A stretch of DNA of 64,000 bases from Octopus bimaculoides (Eukaryota), in the NCBI RefSeq assembly GCF_001194135.2, contig NC_068987.1:106035545-106099544 (forward strand). Reading direction: 5' to 3'. Numbering within the stretch: position 1 is the stretch's first letter; each line of letters opens with the position of its first letter. The translations under genes were made by a program, and so were the position numbers. Below, piece by piece: positions 39,151-51,899 of the stretch. Under the pieces are notes generated by a model. That model did not search any database. It saw only the letters and a list, made by a program, of their open reading frames with translations, and was not told the DNA's origin.

Positions 39151-39279
39151 TTCCTCCACCTCGGTACCCATAAATACTTTTTTTCCTCCTCCTCCGCCTA
39201 TGAAGAAAGCACCAGTTAAATACTAAGCCCTAAAAATTCCAAGCCTTGTTTCTATAATAAAAAAAAATTATTGTTATTA

Positions 39280-39335
<56 letters not shown>

Positions 39336-39517
39336 GTTGTTGTTGTTGTTGTCGATGATGTTGCTCTTGCTTTTGTTCTTGTTATCATTATTATTATTTG
39401 CCCCAGGGGCAAAACACTGCGAATATTTCAAGAAGAAATCGCGAAGACAGTCGGAATTTTACATTAGTTATGGGAAAAAACATATATATCTGTATATATA
39501 GAGAGAAAGAGAGGCAG

Positions 39518-39562
<45 letters not shown>

Positions 39563-39615
39563 CATACATACATACATATATATATATATGTATACATAGA
39601 TATATATATACATAC

Positions 39616-39660
<45 letters not shown>

Positions 39661-39972
39661 CTTGTATATATGTGCTTGTATGTGTGTGCTTATTTGTGTA
39701 TTTGTGCGTTTATTGTGTTTCATTGGAGCTGAAACACTTCACCAATTGTTACTATGTTGCATGTAAGAGATTATCAGGCAGAAATGAACTTTTCAAACAA
39801 TACAATGGTTTATAAATAGTTAAATTCTGCATTTATGCATTGTATTGTTCCAATATACATGTTATGGATTTTTTAGACAAAATAAAGCGCAATATTTTAC
39901 CTTTGACATTCGAGTAATATTTTCCCCACCTTCTGTTGCACTTCTGTGCTCATATATGTCTCTTTCTCATTC

Positions 39973-40006
<34 letters not shown>

Positions 40007-40012
40007 TGTATA

Positions 40013-40303
40013 TACGTAGTCTGATCAATAAGTTTCCGAACTGATGCCATGGTAACGAAACTAAAGTACGCATAGTAAAGTCGCTTGGCACAGATTGATG
40101 TTAAAGGCTGTTGTGCATGCACACAAAGTTTTAACGTTCCAGCTCACTTCTGCAGTTTACAGCAATGCTTGGAAATAAGGTGTGTAGCGTGAGATTATCG
40201 CATTGACCATGAGAGAGCAAGTTGAGCAGAGAATCTTCATCAAATTTTGCCAAAAGCTTGGTGGTACCTGCTCAGAGGCCTACGCAAAGTTTTCAAAAAG
40301 TTT
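40013..40303 (+). mobile_element. Mariner left end: ITR, 5' UTR and transposase start
   Basis: TA+CGTAGTCTGATCAATAAGTTTCCGAACTG ITR-like end; ATG at 40209 gives MREQVEQRIFIKFCQKLGGTCSEAYAK, typical of mariner (EQRxxIKFCxKLG). Confidence 0.85.
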
Positions 40304-40763
40304 CCATCGTTCTCGACACTATCAAGATGTTGTGAAACAGAAACCCATGTGTCTATCAGATCAGTTGTAAGCAGTTTTGGCACAAACTTGGCAGACAAGC
40401 GTCTCTTACCCAAATCTTCCGTGAGAATGGACTGAATTTCATATCGACGATCTCCCCTCCCAGCTGCATGCACATCTGCGATGTTTTTCTCAGTCCTGCT
40501 GGGTGCAGGCCTCCTGGAACGTTCGTCAACATCAATATTTTTTTCAGAAAAGTCTGACCCACTCGTACATTTGTGTGCGGCTCATACACTCCTATCCATA
40601 CACATTCTACACATTTGTTTAGGCCTCTAAACAAATTGTATCGCCATGACAATTTTCTCTGTCATAGACAATTCGACGATCACACACTACAGCTCTTCAT
40701 TCCAAGTACTGCGGAAGTAAGTTAAACAGCGGAAGTAAGTTAAACAGCGGAAGTAAGTTAAAC
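40286..40763 (-). mobile_element. Related mariner N-terminal fragment in the opposite orientation
   Basis: YEWVRLF..VDERSRRPAPSRTEKNIADV, SILTEDLGKRRLSAKFVPKLLT, ENDGNFLK. Its 5' UTR aligns with 40143-40225. It ends in an 18-bp x3 tandem repeat at 40711-40763. Confidence 0.88.
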
Positions 40764-40864
40764 CATTAAGGCATAGTGCTCATACACAGCAGAATTCAAG
40801 ACAAAATCAACTTTTGCCAAGCGGCATCACTCTATCTCGTACATATAAACACATGCATACATAC

Positions 40865-40905
<41 letters not shown>

Positions 40906-42094
40906 NNNNNNNNNNNNNNNNNNNNNNNNNNNNNNNNNNNNNNNNNNNNNNNNNNNNNNNNNNNNNNNNNNNNNNNNNNNNNNNNNNNNNNNNNNNNNNN
41001 NNNNNNNNNNNNNNNNNNNNNNNNNNNNNNNNNNNNNNNNNNNNNNNNNNNNNNNNNNNNNNNNNNNNNNNNNNNNNNNNNNNNNNNNNNNNNNNNNNNN
41101 NNNNNNNNNNNNNNNNNNNNNNNNNNNNNNNNNNNNNNNNNNNNNNNNNNNNNNNNNNNNNNNNNNNNNNNNNNNNNNNNNNNNNNNNNNNNNNNNNNNN
41201 NNNNNNNNNNNNNNNNNNNNNNNNNNNNNNNNNNNNNNNNNNNNNNNNNNNNNNNNNNNNNNNATATATATATATATATATATATATAATATGCATTATG
41301 GTTTCACGCAAAGGCATAGTGATATGTATGTTTGTATCCGCATTCCGACTAATAATAATGCAAATTAAGATTTCGTGCAAGTTCTAGTGAGTTGGAATCT
41401 AATTTACGTCTTGTCAAGTGATATCCGTTGGAAACTGTGTCGACATGTCGATTCCGTATAGAACCCCTATCGAAATGCTTGCTTGATAGTCACAAGTGTT
41501 CATATTGAAAAACTGGTTAGAAGATGATTCGTAATTTCATCGACAGTTATTGCTACTCACAAGCACCAATTATTATCAATTGTTATGTTATACATACATA
41601 CATAGAAACATAAATACATTACTACATATACATACACATATACATATATTCATGTATACACACACATACACACACACACACGTACATACATACATACATA
41701 CATATATATATGCACAAGCACAACGCACACACGAACACATAATAAGCAACTGCANNNNNNNNNNNNNNNNNNNNNNNNNNNNNNNNNNNNNNNNNNNNNN
41801 NNNNNNNNNNNNNNNNNNNNNNNNNNNNNNNNNNNNNNNNNNNNNNNNNNNNNNNNNNNNNNNNNNNNNNNNNNNNNNNNNNNNNNNNNNNNNNNNNNNN
41901 NNNNNNNNNNNNNNNNNNNNNNNNNNNNNNNNNNNNNNNNNNNNNNNNNNNNNNNNNNNNNNNNNNNNNNNNNNNNNNNNNNNNNNNNNNNNNNNNNNNN
42001 NNNNNNNNNNNNNNNNNNNNNNNNNNNNNNNNNNNNNNNNNNNNNNNNNNNNNNNNNNNNNNNNNNNNNNNNNNNNNNNNNNNNNNNNNNNNNN

Positions 42095-42134
<40 letters not shown>

Positions 42135-42619
42135 ACACCTCCTCTTTCTTTCTCTCTATGTCAGTTAAGCGCCCACGTTGCACCGTGTGAGGTGTTGTAT
42201 AGGACTTAAATCAGAGCCTATTTCTCCAGAAGTGAACAACAGCGAGGCGAGGGACTAGGCAAAATTGATTCCAGATGGCAGTACATGCAAATGCTGCAGG
42301 GAATGTCAGATCACGAACAGACAAACGACACACGGATAACAAGCGATACAGAAGTGGACATACGAAAATGAATAAATGTAATTCAAGACGAAACCGTTTG
42401 TAGACGGATGTGGGACAAACATGAAATAAAAACAAAAAAAAAAAAACAGAATGTAGCCTTAAGATACATACATACATACTTACAAACAAAAATAGATACA
42501 TACAGACAGACAGAGCGAATTTACAATTTGATTCAAATCTTCAGCAATATGAATCCAAAGGTATTTAACGGTGGGACCAGAAGTAGATAAAACTATAATA
42601 ATCTTTTCTGCTAATTGCA

Positions 42620-42800
42620 CAAGGCCTGCAATTTTGGGTAAGAGAGCTGGTCGATTAATTCGACCCTACTACTCAGTAAGTAGTTATAGTAACGATCCCG
42701 AAGGGAAAAGGGAAAAGTTGACCCTGGTGGAACTAAGAATGCAAACCCGGAAGAAATACTGCCAAGCATTTTCCGTCGCGCTCACAATTCTACCAGCAAG
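42620..42800 (-). mobile_element. Family B SINE, heavily eroded
   Basis: GCACAAGGCCTGCAATTTT..GTCGATTAATTCGACCC..GAAATACTGCCAAGCATTT. Confidence 0.55.
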
Positions 42801-43201
42801 CAACCTTTAAAGCTCTAAATATTAGCGTGTAGTATATTGGGTAGACTTCGACTTGTCCCATCCAAGGCGTTTTTTAATCCAATATTCAACGCATTAACTA
42901 TTTATGGCTTAAAAACGATTTGTTTCATGTCTTACGAAGTTCCTAATTTCTTATGACGTAAACAGCAGACAGTTTACGGTGGTAAGAACAACGCTTCTAA
43001 AAGCTTGGAGATATTCGAAGAATTACATAAACATAACGAGAGAATGACGGTCATGTTTATTGAAGATGCCGATTCGTGTCATACACGAAGTCTTCGAAGT
43101 TTTCTTAACAAGTGATTTTAGCCTATTATTACATATACTGTTATTTATAGCTTTATCCACTTCGAGTGCAGCAGTTAAAAACTATACATACATACATACA
43201 T

Positions 43202-43278
<77 letters not shown>

Positions 43279-44118
43279 NNNNNNNNNNNNNNNNNNNNNN
43301 NNNNNNNNNNNNNNNNNNNNNNNNNNNNNNNNNNNNNNNNNNNNNNNNNNNNNNNNNNNNNNNNNNNNNNNNNNNNNNNNNNNNNNNNNNNNNNNNNNNN
43401 NNNNNNNNNNNNNNNNNNNNNNNNNNNNNNNNNNNNNNNNNNNNNNNNNNNNNNNNNNNNNNNNNNNNNNNNNNNNNNNNNNNNNNNNNNNNNNNNNNNN
43501 NNNNNNNNNNNNNNNNNNNNNNNNNNNNNNNNNNNNNNNNNNNNNNNNNNNNNNNNNNNNNNNNNNNNNNNNNNNNNNNNNNNNNNNNNNNNNNNNNNNN
43601 NNNNNNNNNNNNNNNNNNNNNNNNNNNNNNNNNNNNNNNNNNNNNNNNNNNNNNNNNNNNNNNNNNNNNNNNNNNNNNNNNNNNNNNNNNNNNNNNNNNN
43701 NNNNNNNNNNNNNNNNNNNNNNNNNNNNNNNNNNNNNNNNNNNNNNNNNNNNNNNNNNNNNNNNNNNNNNNNNNNNNNNNNNNNNNNNNNNNNNNNNNNN
43801 NNNNNNNNNNNNNNNNNNNNNNNNNNNNNNNNNNNNNNNNNNNNNNNNNNNNNNNNNNNNNNNNNNNNNNNNNNNNNNNNNNNNNNNNNNNNNNNNNNNN
43901 NNNNNNNNNNNNNNNNNNNNNNNNNNNNNNNNNNNNNNNNNNNNNNNNNNNNNNNNNNNNNNNNNNNNNNNNNNNNNNNNNNNNNNNNNNNNNNNNNNNN
44001 NNNNNNNNNNNNNNNNNNNNNNNNNNNNNNNNNNNNNNNNNNNNNNNNNNNNNNNNNNNNNNNNNNNNNNNNNNNNNNNNNNNNNNNNNNNNNNNNNNNN
44101 NNNNNNNNNNNNNNNNNN

Positions 44119-44168
<50 letters not shown>

Positions 44169-44888
44169 GGACATTTCTATTTTTAAATATAAATTCGTCG
44201 TTTGGTTTTATGTAATTATTTAGCTAAATCAATGTTCTACGTTCAGATCTCGGTGAGATCTGTTTTAAGATCCGCATTCGAATTCGAATTCGATAAGATA
44301 ATGTATAAAGAATGAATTTATCGACTATACATCTATTGTAAATCTGTGACGCTTGCAAGACTGAGGATTTCTGCTCGCATTACGTCCTAATTGAAATCGA
44401 TAGACGAATAGAATCGTTAGAACGTCTGACAAAATGCTTCACAATTTTCGTTATGGCCCTTTCCTGCTGAATTTAAATCCTGATGAGGTTGTTTTTGTTA
44501 TACCTCACACCATTTCGGGGACGTTATTAGTGGAGTGCCAGCCACGTCCTGGAATAGACGATTTCGGTTTATACCCTTCACGAATTGTGCTAGCCCTTTC
44601 CTTAAAAAAGTAAACAATTATTATATTCTTGTTAGTGCATTATCCTCTTGGAATTTGAATACAGCTGTATAAACGGGTGTTTACGATCTTGGAGCAAATC
44701 CGGTTCCATTTGACTTTCTTTTCCGTGGATAAAGATTCCTTAAAATAAGTGTCCATTATACTAATGGTTGGATAGAAGCATATCTGGATATATAAAAGGT
44801 CGACTTTTCAACCTTTTGGTACCGGATTATCTTTTCTACATTCTAACAAAGCTTTAGTCAGGAATGAGTTGGACAGGAATAGAAACTA

Positions 44889-44934
<46 letters not shown>

Positions 44935-45051
44935 ATGTATGTATGTATGTATGTATGGGTGGGGGTGGAGAGAACCCACCGTCACTATTACTGACAATTG
45001 AAATTTTCCTTTTGGGATTTATATTACGTCTAGCCGCCTTCGTTATTTTAT

Positions 45052-45100
45052 ACAGTGGTCCGATGACGGTTTAGTTGACAGAAACTTCGAAGTCACTGTT
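45052..45100 (+). ncRNA. Degenerate hammerhead motif (same family as 13574)
   Basis: AGTGGT CCGATGA CGGTTTAGTTGACA GAAA C TTCGAA GTC ACTGTT: palindromic stem III loop, GUC triplet, U4 mutated to C. Confidence 0.5.
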
Positions 45101-45150
45101 AATAATATCCCTGTTTAAGTATAATATATATTTTGTTCCATGCACATTCG

Positions 45151-45194
45151 AAACTGTCTGAAGAACGTGAACGTGAAACTCAGAGTACCAATTT
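45151..45194 (+). ncRNA. Minimal type-I hammerhead ribozyme candidate with intact core
   Basis: AAACTGT CTGAAGA ACG tgaa CGT GAAA CTC a GAG TA CCAATTT: CUGAAGA, 3-bp stem II, GAAA, near-palindromic stem III and GUA triplet; stem I pairs at 5 of 7 positions. Confidence 0.65.
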
Positions 45195-45277
45195 TTTGTG
45201 ATATTTTTGTAATGTTTTTGCAGCTTTAATAAACGAGAAGTATATATANNNNNNNNNNAAAATCATAGAAGAGAATG

Positions 45278-45382
45278 GAGAATTATACATCCTCAAAACT
45301 TGTATTATTCTCATTAAATTCGCATTAGATTCTAATGCGAATTTAATGAGAATAATAAAAGTTTTGAAGATGTATAATTCTC
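45278..45382. repeat. 105-bp near-perfect palindrome
   Basis: 52-bp arms (45278-45329 and 45331-45382) with 2 mismatches and a 1-nt spacer. Confidence 0.95.
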
Positions 45383-45604
45383 AATTCTTGTTTCTGAGGT
45401 CTTGATTATATATTCTATATATCGTATACAATCCAATGAACCGAACTCAGGATTTACCTGTTGTGTGAAGCACCGTGTAATTGTTTATCTTCAACAGTTC
45501 TATATGTTCTCTATCTTTCGATGTTGCTGACTAGAAACACGACTATATCAGAGTGTTAATAAGGTGACTGTGTAGGGGAGTATGGTATATATATGCATAT
45601 ACAT

Positions 45605-45761
45605 AGGCGCAGGAGTGACTGTTTGGTAAGTAACTTGCTTACCAACTACATGGCTCAGTCCCACTGCGTGGAACCTTGGGCAAGTGTCTTCTACTATAGC
45701 CTAGGTTTGACCAAAGCCTTGTGAGTGGATTTAGTAAACGGAAACTGAAAGAAGCCCGACG
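45605..45761 (+). mobile_element. Family A SINE head and core
   Basis: AGGCGCAGGAGTGACTGTTTGGTAAG...GAAACTGAAAGAAGCCCGACG, then (TA)n into a gap. Confidence 0.88.
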
Positions 45762-46570
45762 TATATATATATATATATATATATATNNNNNNNNNNNNNN
45801 NNNNNNNNNNNNNNNNNNNNNNNNNNNNNNNNNNNNNNNNNNNNNNNNNNNNNNNNNNNNNNNNNNNNNNNNNNNNNNNNNNNNNNNNNNNNNNNNNNNN
45901 NNNNNNNNNNNNNNNNNNNNNNNNNNNNNNNNNNNNNNNNNNNNNNNNNNNNNNNNNNNNNNNNNNNNNNNNNNNNNNNNNNNNNNNNNNNNNNNNNNNN
46001 NNNNNNNNNNNNNNNNNNNNNNNNNNNNNNNNNNNNNNNNNNNNNNNNNNNNNNNNNNNNNNNNNNNNNNNNNNNNNNNNNNNNNNNNNNNNNNNNNNNN
46101 NNNNNNNNNNNNNNNNNNNNNNNNNNNNNNNNNNNNNNNNNNNNNNNNNNNNNNNNNNNNNNNNNNNNNNNNNNNNNNNNNNNNNNNNNNNNNNNNNNNN
46201 NNNNNNNNNNNNNNNNNNNNNNNNNNNNNNNNNNNNNNNNNNNNNNNNNNNNNNNNNNNNNNNNNNNNNNNNNNNNNNNNNNNNNNNNNNNNNNNNNNNN
46301 NNNNNNNNNNNNNNNNNNNNNNNNNNNNNNNNNNNNNNNNNNNNNNNNNNNNNNNNNNNNNNNNNNNNNNNNNNNNNNNNNNNNNNNNNNNNNNNNNNNN
46401 NNNNNNNNNNNNNNNNNNNNNNNNNNNNNNNNNNNNNNNNNNNNNNNNNNNNNNNNNNNNNNNNNNNNNNNNNNNNNNNNNNNNNNNNNNNNNNNNNNNN
46501 NNNNNNNNNNNNNNNNNNNNNNNNNNNNNNNNNNNNNNNNNNNNNNNNNNNNNNNNNNNNNNNNNNNNNN

Positions 46571-46767
46571 CAGCGGACTCGCGGTCGGAGGATCGTGGTT
46601 TCGATTCCCAGACCGGGCGATGCGTGTGTTTATTGAGCGAAAACATCTAAAAGCTCCACGATGCTCCGGCAGGGGGTGGTGATGACCCCTGTTGTACTCT
46701 TTCGCACCAACTTTCTCTCATGCTTTCTTCCTGTTTCTTGAGTAAAGCTGCGATGGACTGGCGTCCC
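46571..46767 (+). mobile_element. Family C SINE 5' part
   Basis: CAGCGGACTCGCGGTC..GGTTTCGATTCCCAGACCGGGCG..TTTATTGAGCGAAAACA is the reverse complement of 15130-15300. Confidence 0.85.
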
Positions 46768-46889
46768 GTTGTTCTTGTTGTTATTAATATTATTATTATT
46801 GTTTTTATATACTAATCTCCAAATCAAACTTAGTTGACGAAAAACATTCCTACTATTACAATCTCACATTTCGTATGTCATTATTTTAT

Positions 46890-47000
46890 CGGCCTCGAAA
46901 GAACGAAATGGTAAGTCGAACTCGGTCAAATAGTAAAGATGGACGAAATACCGCTAAGCATTTAGTCCGGCGTGATAACGACTCTGCCGGCTCGCTGCAT
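46890..47000 (-). mobile_element. Family B SINE fragment
   Basis: GACGAAATACCGCTAAGCATTTAGTCCGGCGTGATAACGACTCTGCC. Confidence 0.7.
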
Positions 47001-48513
47001 TCTTGATTGTAAATATTAATATTGCACTTCAACGTTAGTATCACAACTTTTGTTACCTTAGCCAACGTTTTCCAGTATATTTAAATGTTTCGTTCTTTGC
47101 ATTCAATAGAAATTCACCTCTGATTTACTCTACAAATGTAACTTTATATGACGGCTTACATCACTAATTTTCCTTGTATTTTGCTGTAATTCTTTTTTTA
47201 GTTTCCTTTTCCTTACGATCTTAACATTTTTGGTGATACAAACATTTCATCTATGCCTCCTTTTTATTAGTATTCTGAAGAGCCGTTTGCTGAAACCAGA
47301 TACCTATATTGTAAGTGTCAATCATGTTATATAAATAAAGAAATCGAATAAAATAAATAGTGGAATCGATTTAATTAACTGTTGGCTCCGTAAGATTTTC
47401 TGGCCGTGTGCCAACTTTAGAAATTATTAGGATGGCCGTTGTCAGATTCGGTAGAGCATAAGATAACACACGGTTTTCGTGAAATTCTGTTGGGGTCAAA
47501 TTTGTATTATAAGAAAGCTGCTTTCTGACCTAACAGAAATAGCAACTAAATATGCCATAAATCACATCGTACTAGCTTAAAATATGGATTTTATTGAATA
47601 ATTCAGACTGTTGGAAGATATTTATGAAAGAAATATACATTACTTACAACTTGGCAGTTTCAATCAAAGGTTTACAGAATCAAGGCTTAATTGAGGTTAT
47701 CAGCAACAACACAGGTAAGTATATTTTTAGGTTGGCAGATTTGCAATATTTGTTCCGACTCTTAATGATCTCAGTTCAAATCATACCAGAATGACTCACT
47801 TTTGATAACTCTTGCTATCTATGTGTATATTATTACTGGTTAGTGAGACTCGCGGTGATTATGACTTTTGATGGTTTTTTCAAGATTGGCGGTTTGGGTG
47901 TGAATTATTGAAGTAACCATTTCAAGTTTTTTTTCTTTAACTGGAAGCTGCTCTCTGTAGTGTGAGCAATTTTCTGATTGAAAACTCCTCTCAACGAGTG
48001 CTTGTTACAACGTGCTCTATAGTCAAGTTCTCTAGAAATATATAATGGTACTTTTAAATCGGGCAACGTCTGAAATCTACTGCCCAAGAATGTGGAAATA
48101 CCGAATATTTCTTTGCCCGATATCAATCACAGATAAATATTCCTACCGCGGGAATATTTATCTGTGGTTGATACATGGCCTAACCATGGGTGCGAGCTGT
48201 CTTCCATTCGGATAATGTTATAGTAACAAATGAATTACCTCAAGTAGAGTTTAATATCCTAAAACTTCATGTCACAAATGTATTTGATCGTGACACTAAT
48301 TATGACGTTTCTTTCCTTTGTGTCGAACTGCTATCAATTAACAGCGATTGATACAAAGCTACATGAAGCACATGATTAGATATAAGCATTTTTCTAATAC
48401 TGTGACAAAGGTAGGGTAAGTCTGTAATATACCAGCCCTAATGCAATTTCGATTCTCTTTGTTGCTTTTCAGTTAGAGAGAGAGAGAGAGAGACAGAGAG
48501 AGAGACAGAGAGA

Positions 48514-48575
<62 letters not shown>

Positions 48576-48899
48576 CCACTGATTTATTTTTGTTACATTG
48601 CTTAGAGAAAATGCGTAGATGATAATGGCAATATTTTAGTTCTAGTCTTCTGTAAATCGACCTCTTTACTGTTAATTTTAAAGTTCAAAAACACACACAC
48701 ATAGATAAAATGACCTTCATAAGTAATATTACACTTTACATCCATAACATGATGCATCTACATAAAGTATAGACGCTTCTGCTGGGTAAGCACTTATTCC
48801 TGGAAGTGAAATTCTAAAACATACTTGAATTGAAACAGTGACGTCAGCAACACAAAGACCCATTCACTAAATATACAAAAGAAACAGAACACGGCACAT

Positions 48900-49330
48900 A
48901 CATAACACCCAGTTGAAGTACTCAAACCCTTCGACATTACTATATCTTACAAGTAAGTCCTACTTGGAGTACTACTTGGATATCTATAACAATGCTGCAA
49001 CTACACATACAAGCACCATAGACCGCATCCAAGGGCAAATATTTCCTGTAGTTGGCAAAGATTCTATTCCTCAATATATTTAAGCAACTAAAGCCCAGGA
49101 GAATTGTTTATTATCTAAGCTTCTTACTATTGCTATTACAATTGCGTCTGTCACTGTGATCCATTTCACTATGTCGCATCTCTATGCAAACCTGAACTAT
49201 CAAATTTTCTCTGCTTTTCTGTATATATCTCTATGGTATTTTACACCGTAGATTCCACACCAAATACGCCTAATAATCATTCCCGCATCTGTTGGTCTCC
49301 ACTCTCTGAAATTCCAAGCAAAATCTCTTT
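48900..49330 (+). mobile_element. Eroded CR1/Jockey-type LINE C-terminal region
   Basis: AATTHTSTIDRIQ at about 48995-49035 resembles the post-RT LDRIQ motif; flanks are highly degenerate. Confidence 0.4.
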
Positions 49331-49889
49331 TCTGTACTGATTGATTCCAGTTTACAGACGTTCGAATCGAATATAATAAATCTGAAAATTCTTGGAAGCC
49401 CTACAATTCTAAATGTATTTACCTTATCTGATAAACTAATTAATATAAAAATTGTTGCCCTACAATGTTTTTTGTGTGATTAAATAGAATAATTCGGGCG
49501 GCAGAACCTTAGGATCTCTTGTGTTTTTGGCCTCAAGTCAACCATGATAAAGCAAATCTAAGATTAAAAATGCTCCAGTCGTGACTACGCCATCTGTTTG
49601 TGTGTCACGATGATGTCGTTTAAATTGTCCACCTTTATTTAAGGCGATAGAATATAATAAAAGATCCTTTATATACTGGATATAATTTGTGGATTTCAGA
49701 AAGTGAGATATTAATTAAACGGCTGTTGCTGTCCAGTTGCATGTCACACGAGGTCAAGCAGACCTTTGACCAGACTATAGTAGTTTTGATCACTCTATTT
49801 TATTTCCTGAAAGTAAATCCCAAACTATATTATCTATTAACTTGTTTCCTTCCTAAAATGACGGTTCTATTTTGAGGACATTCTCTATG

Positions 49890-50069
49890 TGGCTGTTTGA
49901 GGCGCTAGAAAGAGCAGCAAAATTTCTATCAAATCACACCTTATCATCTTAACCATTGAATATACTTAAGCGGGTGGTGGAAAATGCACTTGCTGGTATA
50001 CAAAATCTAAGGTAGACTAGAACACATTTAATCATATGTATATCTGATCAGACTTGACTTGAAGTAAGC

Positions 50070-50112
<43 letters not shown>
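49890..50112 (+). mobile_element. Eroded interspersed repeat ending in (CAA)n
   Basis: GCTAGAAAGAGCAGCAAAATTTCTATCAAATCACACC..TGATCAGACTTGACTTG..(CAA)n; similar eroded pieces lie near 12020-12215, 19100-19310 and 32700-32820. Confidence 0.45.
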
Positions 50113-50604
50113 GCAGCAGCAGCAGCAACAGGTATACGAAGTGTTTCGATGAAATCCCGCTTGGATAATAGGCTATAAGGACGTAATTGGCTTCCATAGC
50201 ATTTTCAAATTTATATTTATGTCAAACTAATAGAATTTTCTATTAGCCGTCTCCAGTTTGTAGAATTTCTCAGTTTTCACATTGGAATTTCAATTTACTT
50301 AGTCATGTTATCTGGATTCTTAATTATTTTATTATTTCATCCTTTTACAGATGTTAGTCATTAAAGTGTAGTGATGCGGTCGTCAAGGGGCTTAATATAT
50401 CATATCCACCCCAAAATTATTTTACCTGAGAGGGCGACGCATTTTTGGAAAAGGTTAGCGAGGAATGCAGCTATGTACTATTTGTCTAAGACCAACCAAC
50501 TGGGTCTAGTAACAGAGGTGATGTTCGATGCACACAGATAATTGTGCATTCAAACAGAAATATATATACATATTTAAGTACATATGCAAATATATACCTA
50601 TATA

Positions 50605-51556
50605 TCATCATCGTCATCCTCATCATCATGAGGATCCCTAAACTGATGCAGCCACTCCAGACGCTTTCATAGTCACCCGTCGCCGCTGGTCTCTGTTCTC
50701 TGTCATGTGTTGCCAGATCGTTGTGTTGTGTCTTGTCCAGTTCGTAATGGAGTCAAACAAGCATTTTCTCAGTGAACCTCTCTTTCGTCCTCCCATAACT
50801 GCACCCTGAAGAATTGTTTTGGACAGGGTGTTGTGGCGGGTTACATGACCAGAGGTTGTTCCTCTCTGCCAGCGTATTTATTGACTTGCTGTCTGACAAA
50901 GCCGTTCGTTTTGCGCTCTGTGTACGGGGTGTGCAATAGCCTTCTGATGCCCTTGTGTTCTTCGCTTCCTGTAAGGTTAAGAGTCCCGCTCTCACATCCA
51001 TACTGAAGAATCGAAGTCACGATGGTCTTGTTGAAAAACTAATGGAATTGCTTTTTTCCGTATGTTGTTCAGCTTCTTCATTACAGGAAAGGCTAAACTG
51101 GATCTTGATATTTCCTTTTGAGATCTACCGTCATTAATCAAAGTCGTTCCTAGGTACATGGAAGCGTCAACTTCATCAAGTCTCTCTCCATTTAGCATGG
51201 CACTGGCTCTCCGTTTAGCATGGTACTGGTTCTCCGTTTAGCATGGTACTGGCTCTCCGTTTAGCATGGTACTGGCTCTCCGTTTAGCATGGTACTGGCT
51301 CTCCGTTTAGCTTGGTACTGGCTCTCNNNNNNNNNNACTGGCTCTCCGTTTAGCATGGTACTGGCTCTCCGTTTAGCATGGTACTGGCTCTCCGTTTAGC
51401 TTGGTACTGGCTCTCCGTTTAGCATGGTACTGACTGCCGTGTTTTGATTGTAACTATTAACCAGGATCTTGCTCTTTTCTGGGAGCATATCCATCCCGTA
51501 TGCTCCTGATACTCTTTCCAGGCACGCGATGAGCTCCTGCAGTTCTGCTTCTCTGT
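50605..51556 (-). mobile_element. RTE-clade LINE 3' fragment
   Basis: EAELQELIACLERVSGAYGM..EKSKILVNS, MLNGERLDEVDASMYLGTTL..DGRSQKEI, LYGCES, GHVTRHNTLSKTILQG..GGRKRG, then a (GAT)n-like tail at 50605-50628. Confidence 0.9.
51191..51432. repeat. 23-bp minisatellite inside the RTE ORF
   Basis: Unit TTTAGCATGGTACTGGCTCTCCG, about 10 units including partials, interrupted by 10-N gap 51327-51336. Confidence 0.95.
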
Positions 51557-51899
51557 AAACGGTTTTAAATTAAGCAACAGTAAACAGCTCTCTTTGAAAG
51601 CATATGTTATAACAATCCCATATGTTGTAGAACCTTAGCAAAAGATGTAAAAAGTTGAAAATATAAAGGCGTCCGCTTCTAACCTCACTGAAGAAATGGT
51701 ATGTTATATATGATATGCCTTACTGAAACTTGCTGGGATAAAGCGGAGGAACTAGACAGCTTATTTCCTCAGGACCGAGGCAGCCGACACACTTGCAGAT
51801 AATTTTTGTCGTAAACGATAAGTGTGACATGCTTAAATAACAGATCTCGAGGTAACTGGAACGGACTTTATTAGCCTAACCGAATATGTAAAATCTCCA

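Noticed and set aside
40711-40763. CRISPR-like or regulatory array
   Set aside because: An 18-bp x3 tandem repeat with no spacers, in a eukaryotic context; no CRISPR array anywhere in the window.
42215-42370. Plus-strand 50-aa frame as a terminal exon
   Set aside because: No recognisable protein and only a weak acceptor.
44245-44263. CAGATCTC-ggt-GAGATCTG hairpin
   Set aside because: An 8-bp stem is expected by chance; no context suggesting function.
47275-47300. CTGAAGAGCCGTTTGCTGAAACC as an HHR
   Set aside because: Stem II register is wrong, and there is no stem III or stem I pairing.
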